From: Candidatus Dojkabacteria bacterium
GTDB lineage: Bacteria > Patescibacteriota > Dojkabacteria > SC72
Assembly (NCBI GenBank): GCA_012842045.1
Contig: DUTP01000003.1
Span: 66,532-130,531, forward strand
Direction of reading: 5' to 3'
DNA length: 64,000 nt
Below the pieces are notes generated by a model. The model was given only the letters and a program-made list of their open reading frames with translations. It had not been told where the DNA came from and searched no databases. Both the position numbers and the translations under genes were made by a program. Of the stretch, positions 10,035-17,305 are shown piece by piece (the stretch's first letter is position 1; every line of letters starts with the position of its first letter).

Positions 10035-10295
10035 ATGGCAAAGGTTGCAGCAGGTAGTACAACATCAAATCAAGGTAAAGTAGCTGGTAAGAGGCTAGGT
10101 GTTAAGAAGTTTGCTGGAGAGCAGGTAAAAGCTGGAAATATAATTGTAAGACAGAGAGGTTCTGTCTATCATCCTGGAAATAATACATATATGGGTAAGA
10201 CACACACAATTCATGCTCAAATAGATGGTACAGTTTCCTTTAGAAGAATGAGTGGGTCTAAGAGAGGACAGTTTTTTGTTGATGTGATAAAATAG
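10035..10295 (+). CDS. rpmA: 50S ribosomal protein L27 (no N-terminal propeptide)
   Basis: [33 protein letters not shown] is the L27 signature. Confidence 0.9.
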   Translation: MAKVAAGSTTSNQGKVAGKRLGVKKFAGEQVKAGNIIVRQRGSVYHPGNNTYMGKTHTIHAQIDGTVSFRRMSGSKRGQFFVDVIK

Positions 10296-10305
10296 TCATA
10301 TTACT

Positions 10306-11052
10306 ATGGCTAAATCCAGATTTATACAGATTGAGAGTAAGAATGCCCTTTTGGAGCTTTTAAAAGAGGGTAGGGATTTTGATAGGATATATGCAGCTGG
10401 TAGTGCATTTAAAGATGAGAAGAGTAAAGAGATTTACAAACTCGCAGGACAAAGAGGTATTCCCATACTTAAAATTTCTAGAAAAGCAATTAATAGAAGA
10501 TTAAGATCTTCTTCAGCTGAAAGTATTGTTGGTATTATGTATTCTCAAAATAGTTGGACTTTGAGGGAATTACTAGAGAAGATATATGAAGAAAAGAAAC
10601 AACCATTCTTCTTAATACTTGACAATCTAAAATATTCTCAAAATATTGCTGCTATTATGAGAACTGCTTTTGCTGTAGGTGTGAATGGAATAATAGTTAA
10701 TCCTCAGAAGAAGAGCTTAATATCTGATGAGACAATTAGAATTTCAATGGGTGCTGCAGAGAGAGTACCTTTAGTAGAGATGAAGCTCTTTGAGGCTCTC
10801 AAAACCCTTAAAGAGAATGATATTAAGACATATGCTATACATATGGATGGTAAAAATTATTATGAAGAAGATTTGAGAGGACCAATTGCTTTTGTACTAG
10901 GTGCTGAGGATGTAGGTATATCTACAGGTATTCTTGAAAGAGTTGATGGAGCTCTATCTATACCAATGAGAGAAGGTATAGGGTCACTAAATGTAAGTGC
11001 AACAGCATCCATATTGACATATGAGAAACTAAGACAGGAAGTAACTGCTTAA
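10306..11052 (+). CDS. SpoU/TrmH-family RNA 2'-O-ribose methyltransferase (RlmB-like)
   Basis: SPOUT motifs ILDNLKYSQNIAAIMRTAFAVGVNGII and LGAEDVGIS...SLNVSATASIL. Confidence 0.7.
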   Translation: MAKSRFIQIESKNALLELLKEGRDFDRIYAAGSAFKDEKSKEIYKLAGQRGIPILKISRKAINRRLRSSSAESIVGIMYSQNSWTLRELLEKIYEEKKQPFFLILDNLKYSQNIAAIMRTAFAVGVNGIIVNPQKKSLISDETIRISMGAAERVPLVEMKLFEALKTLKENDIKTYAIHMDGKNYYEEDLRGPIAFVLGAEDVGISTGILERVDGALSIPMREGIGSLNVSATASILTYEKLRQEVTA

Positions 11053-11907
11053 TTACAACAACTTCTTCATTAAATCATCTAATTCTTCAACATTGTTGTA
11101 TCTAATAACTAGTTTACCTCCTTTTGTCATCTTCTGAATATGTGCTGAATATCCAAGCTTCTTACTTAATTGTTCAGAATATTTTGTAGTTTGAGCATCT
11201 GTAGTCTTCCATAACCTAGTTGTACTACCTTTACCATATGAAATCTTTCTTACTAGTTTCTCTGTCTCTCTAACACTCATACCTCTCTTTATAACTAAAT
11301 CTGCAGCTGCAATTAAAGATGTCTTATCCTTAATACCAAGTAATGCTCTAGCATGTCCCTCACTCAATCTCTCATTTAGAATATCTTCTTTAACAGATTC
11401 AGGAATATTAAGTAATCTAATTTTATTTGTAACAGCAACTCTACTTAGACCAATCTTGTTTGCAATCTCCTGTTGAGACATACCAAACTCATCTTGCATC
11501 TGCTTGTATGCATATGCCTCTTCTAGTGGATTTAAGTCCTGTCTTTGAACATTCTCAATTATTGCAATCTCTAACATCTCTTTGGGAGAACTGTCTTTGA
11601 TAACTACAGGAACTGTCTTAAGTCCTGCCAGTTGAGAAGCTCTTAATCTTCTCTCTCCTGCAATTAGGTAGTATCCTTCTCCATTTCTGTTCTTTGTGAT
11701 TATTAAAGGTTGGATAACTCCATGCTCACGAATGGAATCAGCTATCTCAATCAACTCTTCTGGATTTATATGCATTCTTGGTTGATATGGATTAGGAGCG
11801 ATATTTTCTATTTTGAAATTTGGTATATATGAACTACTCGTATTATCAATCTCGTTAGAACTGATTAATGCAGCTAATCCTTTACCCAATCTTTGTGTAT
11901 CACTCAT
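11053..11907 (-). CDS. parB: Chromosome partitioning protein ParB (Spo0J)
   Basis: ParB box GERRLRAS, HTH region, GKGL at N-terminus; adjacent to parA. Confidence 0.85.
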   Translation of the reverse strand: MSDTQRLGKGLAALISSNEIDNTSSSYIPNFKIENIAPNPYQPRMHINPEELIEIADSIREHGVIQPLIITKNRNGEGYYLIAGERRLRASQLAGLKTVPVVIKDSSPKEMLEIAIIENVQRQDLNPLEEAYAYKQMQDEFGMSQQEIANKIGLSRVAVTNKIRLLNIPESVKEDILNERLSEGHARALLGIKDKTSLIAAADLVIKRGMSVRETEKLVRKISYGKGSTTRLWKTTDAQTTKYSEQLSKKLGYSAHIQKMTKGGKLVIRYNNVEELDDLMKKLL

Positions 11908-11925
11908 TTTTTAAAATCACTTAAT

Positions 11926-12720
11926 TTAATCTTCGAATCTTTTTATAAATTCGTTGGCTAATTTGTTGTATGCCATTGCTCCTGTTGACTTGTCATCATA
12001 TTCGAAAATAGTTTTACCGTGTGAAGGTGCTTCAGATAGTCGTACATTTCGAGGTACTATTGATTTGAATGCAGCATCCTTAAAGAATTCTTTCACATCA
12101 TTAACAACATTCTCTGATAGTTTGGTTCTACTATCGTACATTGTGAGTACAATTCCTCCAATTGTAAGAGATGGGTTAACCCCTTTTATTAATTTCGTTG
12201 TTTCTATCAATTGTCCCAATCCTTCAAGTGCAAAGTATTCGCATTGTATTGGTATTATCAATTTTTGTGCAGCACTAAGTGCATTAATTGTAAGAAGTCC
12301 TAATGATGGAGGACAATCTATCAAAACATAATTAAATTCCTCGCTCATACTGTCTAGTGCTTTCTTAAGGAGTAGTTCCCTAGAAATCATATTTACCATC
12401 TCAATCTCTGCTCCAGCTAATGAAAGATGTGATGGTAGAAGAAAAAGATTTGGAGTTGATGTAGTTACAAAAACAGAAGAAATATTCTCTCCTCCAATTA
12501 AGACATCATATACACTCTTGTATGGAGCCTTATCTGTTGAATCCCAGCTTTGCTTATCAAACTGTTTAGTGAAACCCACACCAGAAGAAAGATTTGATTG
12601 AGGGTCTAGGTCTACAAGTAATACCTTCTTCTTTTTCCGAGCTAATGCCGCTCCTAAGTTCATTACTGTAGTTGTTTTCCCTACACCACCTTTTTGATTT
12701 GCAATTACAAATACCTGCAT
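11926..12720 (-). CDS. parA: Chromosome partitioning ATPase ParA/Soj
   Basis: Deviant Walker A KGGVGKTT at the N-terminus; ParA-family length and organisation. Confidence 0.85.
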   Translation of the reverse strand: MQVFVIANQKGGVGKTTTVMNLGAALARKKKKVLLVDLDPQSNLSSGVGFTKQFDKQSWDSTDKAPYKSVYDVLIGGENISSVFVTTSTPNLFLLPSHLSLAGAEIEMVNMISRELLLKKALDSMSEEFNYVLIDCPPSLGLLTINALSAAQKLIIPIQCEYFALEGLGQLIETTKLIKGVNPSLTIGGIVLTMYDSRTKLSENVVNDVKEFFKDAAFKSIVPRNVRLSEAPSHGKTIFEYDDKSTGAMAYNKLANEFIKRFED

Positions 12721-12752
12721 ATGTAAAGACTATCATGTTTCACACAAGAATT

Positions 12753-13364
12753 CTAGAACCCTTGATAAATCTCGTGCTTAACCAATCTAAAATTAGCAAA
12801 TGGATAGTAAACAATCCATGCTTTTCCTTTAATATCTTTCTCATCTATTGGTCCAAAAGCTCTAGAGTCAGAACTATGTGGCCTGTTATCACCACATACG
12901 AAATATCTACCCTCTGGAACTGTCACTTGTTCTCCTTCAGTTAAATATTGTCCACCGTTTGTGTATACACTACTTTGAAGATAGTGACTCTCATCAAGTA
13001 AGGTACTGTTAATGTAAAGTTTACCATCTTTTAACATAACAGTATCTCCAGGTAAACCTATTATTCTTTTTATGAAATCTTGAGTTTCTGAATACTTAAA
13101 GATAATGACATCTCCTCTCTTAGGTTTTCCTACTTTATACGTAATTTTATTTGCCATTAACATCTCACCATTTTGATATGTAGGATGCATAGATTGTCCT
13201 ACAACCTCATGAGGTGTCATTACAAAGAGATAGATAACAACAGAGATAACTAGTGCAACAACAATTGTCTCTACAAAAGATAGAATGAACTTACCAACAG
13301 ATCCTAAAGCTGAAGCTATTTTCTCTTGTGGTGTTAGTTCCTTTTCTGGTTCTTGCTCGTACAT
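12753..13364 (-). CDS. lepB: Signal peptidase I
   Basis: GQSMHPTY (catalytic Ser box), GDNRPHSSDSRAFGPI (box E), and an N-terminal TM segment. Confidence 0.8.
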   Translation of the reverse strand: MYEQEPEKELTPQEKIASALGSVGKFILSFVETIVVALVISVVIYLFVMTPHEVVGQSMHPTYQNGEMLMANKITYKVGKPKRGDVIIFKYSETQDFIKRIIGLPGDTVMLKDGKLYINSTLLDESHYLQSSVYTNGGQYLTEGEQVTVPEGRYFVCGDNRPHSSDSRAFGPIDEKDIKGKAWIVYYPFANFRLVKHEIYQGF

Positions 13365-13429
13365 AAATATGGACAGATAAAATATTTAGTTACTGTATAC
13401 AGTTTATTGAATACCACTATCTTTGTCAA

Positions 13430-14113
13430 TTACTTATCATTTGTAATATCTCCACTTTCATCTAAGGATATTTTTTCACCTAGAAAGGTTGGTTCAGGTC
13501 TTAAGATAACTTTGAAAAAGTCTTTACCTTGAGCAAAAACTTCCCTAGTTAGTCTTGCACGATGTCCACCCATAATGGTTTTAGTTGCATTGGCACCAAC
13601 AACATCCATACCTAAATTTTTACCAATATATACAGCTCTGTAAAGATGATATTTTTGTGATACTACAACTAATTTTTGAACACCAAAGATATACTGAGCT
13701 CTATACATACTCTCATATGTTGAAAAACCTGCATGATCCATAAAGATATCTTCTGAGGGAACACCTTTTTCAATGGCATATTCTTTCATAATGTTTACCT
13801 CATCGTAGTATTCCTGACCATGGTCACCACTCATAATAATTTTAGGTGCAATATCGTTTTCGTAGAGATATATACCTGTATCTAATCTTTCTTTTAGAAT
13901 TGGAGTAGGGTAGTTATTTCTAATACCGCTTCCTAATATTAATATTGCATCATAGCTTCCATCTTCTAATACATTGATACTTTGTTCATTGAATATATGT
14001 TTTTCACTACTTTTCCTAACAAATATATTAATACCGCCAAGTAATATATTTGGTATTAACAAAAGTATGAGGATTAGATAGAGAACTTTTCTTTTAGTTT
14101 TAAAAAGATTCAT
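13430..14113 (-). CDS. SanA/YdcF (DUF218) family envelope protein
   Basis: N-terminal TM, ILILGSGIRNN, and MSGDHGQEYYDEVNIMKEYA resemble the DUF218 core. Confidence 0.55.
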   Translation of the reverse strand: MNLFKTKRKVLYLILILLLIPNILLGGINIFVRKSSEKHIFNEQSINVLEDGSYDAILILGSGIRNNYPTPILKERLDTGIYLYENDIAPKIIMSGDHGQEYYDEVNIMKEYAIEKGVPSEDIFMDHAGFSTYESMYRAQYIFGVQKLVVVSQKYHLYRAVYIGKNLGMDVVGANATKTIMGGHRARLTREVFAQGKDFFKVILRPEPTFLGEKISLDESGDITNDK

Positions 14114-14118
14114 AAAAA

Positions 14119-14194
14119 TGGTACCGCTACGGGGAATCGAACCCCGGTTTACAGGATGAAAACCTGTTGTCCTAGACCACTAGACGATAGCGGC
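14119..14194 (-). tRNA. tRNA-Glu (anticodon TTC), CCA encoded; G1-U72 wobble at acceptor end
   Basis: The reverse complement folds as GCCGCTA...TAGCGGT acceptor, D-arm TCGTCTAGTGGTCTAGGACA, anticodon stem ACAGG/CCTGT with loop TTTTCAT, T-arm GGGGTTCGATTCCCC, then ACCA. Confidence 0.85.
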
Positions 14195-14240
14195 ATAATG
14201 TTGTTATTTTACTATATAAAAAGCCTTTTGTGAAGCCTAA

Positions 14241-14477
14241 CTACTCACCTTTAGCTATTTGACTTAATATTTGCTGTTCTTCTGCAAATGTTGCTCTCTT
14301 AAAAGCAGCTAATTCTTTCTCATATACATATCTTCTCTTACACTTACATTCAACCATAATTCTATTATCAGACAGGTTTCCTAACTTCCTTGCTTTAGTA
14401 AGAGGATGTGTACATCCAACACATAGCTTTCTTTCTAGCAACACTTCTTGGAACGGTCTTATTATTTTCTTAAACAT
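14241..14477 (-). CDS. Small zinc-ribbon protein (CxxC...CxC), hypothetical
   Basis: 78 aa with CVGC and CKC pairs. Divergently transcribed from the islet operon. It could be a regulator, but there is no direct support. Confidence 0.35.
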   Translation of the reverse strand: MFKKIIRPFQEVLLERKLCVGCTHPLTKARKLGNLSDNRIMVECKCKRRYVYEKELAAFKRATFAEEQQILSQIAKGE

Positions 14478-14567
14478 ACTTGGTTATTCTACCATATTTT
14501 TAAAATTAAGAATGTACTTATAGTGTTTTAATGATTAGATGTTCCATTGTTAAGACCTATAATGAAA

Positions 14568-14597
14568 TGGTATAATATATATGTAGACATATGTCTA
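14568..14597 (+). promoter_or_regulatory. Extended -10 element (TGGTATAAT, 14568-14576) followed by a perfect 14-bp palindrome TAGACATATGTCTA (14584-14597), about 27 bp upstream of the 14625 start
   Basis: Read directly. A palindrome just downstream of a -10 box is the classic repressor-operator position. RBS AAAGGAGG at 14614-14621. Confidence 0.35.
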
Positions 14598-14624
14598 TGC
14601 TCCTTGTCCTAAGAAAGGAGGAAA

Positions 14625-14996
14625 ATGGCAGAACAAATTAATTTACTGAAAGCCTTCGAAGTTATCGAAGACCAAAAAGTGGGTCTATATCGACTTATAA
14701 AAGTCAATTATAGAAACCAATATATAGAGCAATTAGTTGTGGGAGCATTATTTTGGGCCTATCTAGCTCAGGAAGAAGAGCATCTAACTTCTGAGAAATT
14801 CTTAGAGATAGGGGAAAGAGAGTTAAAGAATTTCTCTGCTTCTGATAGGCTAGAAGTGCTCATTATTCTCAAAACCTTTTGGGAGAGGACTGTCTTTTTT
14901 GATGAGTTCCTTAAAAAATACCAAGATAGGTTTGTTGGAGAAGAAGTAAAAATAAAAATAAGAAGACCACCTAGGACAAGGATAAAGCACTACTAA
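14625..14996 (+). CDS. Hypothetical protein (123 aa), first gene of the tRNA-flanked islet
   Basis: ORF with a strong RBS. No recognisable domain. Confidence 0.4.
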   Translation: MAEQINLLKAFEVIEDQKVGLYRLIKVNYRNQYIEQLVVGALFWAYLAQEEEHLTSEKFLEIGERELKNFSASDRLEVLIILKTFWERTVFFDEFLKKYQDRFVGEEVKIKIRRPPRTRIKHY

Positions 14997-15008
14997 GAGG
15001 TAAGATAG

Positions 15009-15024
15009 TATGCATATATGCATA
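15009..15024. promoter_or_regulatory. Perfect 16-bp palindrome TATGCATATATGCATA (terminator hairpin and/or operator)
   Basis: Read directly. Located 13 bp after the stop of the 14625..14996 ORF and about 95 bp upstream of the 15119 start. Confidence 0.3.
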
Positions 15025-15118
15025 GTTTCTATTTACCAAAACCTCTATGTGGTGCTTTTTTCTTTTATGAATGATATAATCCGATAGTGATAAATATATT
15101 ATTTTAATAACTATTGAG

Positions 15119-15673
15119 ATGGACAAAGACCCTATTTTATCTGTATATCCATTACTTGCAGAAACTATCCAAGATGGGTTAAATAGAACAAGGATTGGTG
15201 AAAAGGTTTTAATTGAACATTCATATGAAGACAAAAGATTTCTACTTCATCTAACTCCAGAATTAAGAGAAGTCTTGTTTTTTAAAGCGGAAAGAGATCA
15301 TCTACAAGATTTAATACTTAGAGGATTGAGAATAACAGAAGGAAAAGGTTTACAGGGCATACCAACGAAATCATTACTTCATGGCTATGAAGATAATAGA
15401 ACAACAGCAGAAAAAACTAAGAATTTACGTAATGGTAAAGGGAGAATTACAGAAGGAATTCAGCAACTAATATTGTTGACAGAAGATTTTGGAGGTCCTT
15501 CCCAATTATGTTTAGGTAATTGGATGAGTATTGTACTACCAGAAGGTCTTGATATAGAGAGACAAGATGGCAGTATTTATACTGATTCAGAATTTATAAC
15601 AGAATTAGTTGTAAATGGTTTAAAAGTTACAGATATTGAGAAAAATGCAGAGGAGATGACCCCGAACTTGTAA
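15119..15673 (+). CDS. Hypothetical protein (184 aa); paralog of the downstream 171-aa ORF
   Basis: Shares LxxE..LPEGL..RQD..TDSEFITELVVNGLKV with the next ORF's LxxE..IPTGL..REN..TDSDTLILIDAIDKGLKV. Confidence 0.45.
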   Translation: MDKDPILSVYPLLAETIQDGLNRTRIGEKVLIEHSYEDKRFLLHLTPELREVLFFKAERDHLQDLILRGLRITEGKGLQGIPTKSLLHGYEDNRTTAEKTKNLRNGKGRITEGIQQLILLTEDFGGPSQLCLGNWMSIVLPEGLDIERQDGSIYTDSEFITELVVNGLKVTDIEKNAEEMTPNL

Positions 15674-15725
15674 GAGTTTAAGGTATTATTTTTTTATTAG
15701 AATTTAAATAGATATTATATTAAAT

Positions 15726-16241
15726 ATGGAAAAAACAGAAATAGAACAAAAAAGACGTAAATCAGAGAGAATTAATGAAATAGATCAAAAAATCAGTAGT
15801 ACTTTAGTATTATTAAAAACAGGTACACTTAAAGAAGATTATCATTTAATTATAGATATTCGTTCTCAATATCTTTCTCTCTTAATTCCTCGAACACTAA
15901 CAAAGAAACATATTTCTAGGTTAAGTGAAATAATCTACGAAGGTTTTCAAACTTTTGAGTTAAATCCATCTGATTTAGGAACAAAGATACCTCTTAATTC
16001 TGTTCTTAAAACAGGAGAGGATATTCCATTGATAGATGCTTTAGATTTGGGTATTGAAACAGCAAATAGATTAGAGCAAGAGATGTTTTTGATTACACAT
16101 GAAGGAGAAGAATCTTTTGTTATCCCAACTGGTCTTAAAGGTGGAGTAGATAGGGAGAATACTGATTCTGATACTTTGATTCTAATAGATGCAATAGATA
16201 AAGGTTTAAAGGTACACAGATATCTTCCAGAGAGTGAATAA
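15726..16241 (+). CDS. Hypothetical protein (171 aa); tandem paralog of the upstream 184-aa ORF
   Basis: See the paralogy motif above. Confidence 0.45.
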   Translation: MEKTEIEQKRRKSERINEIDQKISSTLVLLKTGTLKEDYHLIIDIRSQYLSLLIPRTLTKKHISRLSEIIYEGFQTFELNPSDLGTKIPLNSVLKTGEDIPLIDALDLGIETANRLEQEMFLITHEGEESFVIPTGLKGGVDRENTDSDTLILIDAIDKGLKVHRYLPESE

Positions 16242-16248
16242 TGAAAAG

Positions 16249-16332
16249 TGCCGAGGAGAGGACTCGAACCTCCAAGGGTTTTACCCCATATGCTCCTAAG
16301 GCATACGTGTCTGCCAGTTTCACCACCTCGGC
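16249..16332 (-). tRNA. tRNA-Leu (anticodon TAG), type II long variable arm, no encoded CCA
   Basis: The reverse complement is GCCGAGGTGGTGAAACTGGCAGACACGTATGCCTTAGGAGCATATGGGGTAAAACCCTTGGAGGTTCGAGTCCTCTCCTCGGCA. Anticodon stem TATGC/GCATA with loop CTTAGGA. Confidence 0.85.
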
Positions 16333-16412
16333 TTGGTATGATGTATTTTACTAAAAATCCTTACTTTTTAACAGTACTAGTCTCAATATATCAAAAAATG
16401 GTATAATATAGT

Positions 16413-17162
16413 ATGAGAACACTAGTAGAAAGTATCTCCCCAGAAGCAATTTCAGCATATAACGACCATATTCAATCTCAAAAACCAGAAGACCAAGGAA
16501 GGCAATATAGTTTTGAGAAATTAGGTATAAAAGATTGGACAATTGTAGAGTTAGATGCAGATGATGTTCTACAACTCCAATCATTTGTTGAATCTTCTCA
16601 GACAGTTGCTCCAGCATATATATTTTGGAAGATGTGCGGAAGGAATGTGACATTAGAGGATGTGTCAAAAGAAGTGATTGAAAATGAAGAAAACATTCCT
16701 GATGAAGCAAGAGACTGGGTTCATGGAATATTAGAATCAAAATATGATAGAGATGAAGTAGAAAAGAAGATTAAAGATGGATTAATAGATCCTCCATTAA
16801 TTTTTTATCCTATCTCAAAAGATGAAGAACTACTTTTAGACAAAGGGTTACTTAAGGTAGGTAATATTCTTGATGGGAATCATAGATTACAGGAAGTGGC
16901 TAGATATCTTCTGGAATGTAGTGATGAGGAGAGAGAAAACTTCAAACTGACAGCATTCTTAGGTAAGGTAGATGTAATGAAGTATGCAACTATAAATGCT
17001 GTATATTTTGCAAAACCAACTGTAAAGAAAGCTAGAAGTTTCTTAGAAAAGTTAATAGGAAAAGAAGAAACAGAAAAGATTAGAGGTAAACACTTTATGA
17101 CTTTCTGGGAAAGATGGTATCTTTTGTTACAAAGAATTGGGTATTTTAAAGATAAAGTCTAA
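16413..17162 (+). CDS. ParB/sulfiredoxin-fold (DGxHR motif) domain protein, hypothetical function
   Basis: LKVGNILDGNHRLQEVARYL matches the ParB-like nuclease/Srx DG(x)HR motif. An extended -10 TGGTATAAT ends 6 bp before the ATG, suggesting a leaderless mRNA. Confidence 0.45.
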   Translation: MRTLVESISPEAISAYNDHIQSQKPEDQGRQYSFEKLGIKDWTIVELDADDVLQLQSFVESSQTVAPAYIFWKMCGRNVTLEDVSKEVIENEENIPDEARDWVHGILESKYDRDEVEKKIKDGLIDPPLIFYPISKDEELLLDKGLLKVGNILDGNHRLQEVARYLLECSDEERENFKLTAFLGKVDVMKYATINAVYFAKPTVKKARSFLEKLIGKEETEKIRGKHFMTFWERWYLLLQRIGYFKDKV

Positions 17163-17305
17163 CTCTCTCCTCCAACATCTCCTGCCCAATACACTTTAAC
17201 ATGTCTATTCTCTGTATGCTCAGCACTCTTTAGTACTTCTTCCTGTGTCATGCATTTACCAGGTATATCTTTTCTAACATCTTTTAATTTAATATGTTTT
17301 TTCAT
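17159..17305 (-). CDS. Possible small ORF (48 aa, MKKHIKLKDVRKDIPGKCMTQEEV...) translationally coupled to gatB via an ATGA overlap
   Basis: Translated by hand from the minus strand. It is below the ORF-track size cutoff. Its start ATG overlaps the gatB TGA stop. Confidence 0.25.
   Translation of the reverse strand: MKKHIKLKDVRKDIPGKCMTQEEVLKSAEHTENRHVKVYWAGDVGGES

Noticed and set aside
11954-12331. 125-aa plus-strand ORF
   Set aside because: Antisense to parA. Spurious.
16135-16326. 63-aa ORF on the minus strand
   Set aside because: Lies entirely over the tRNA-Leu gene. Spurious.
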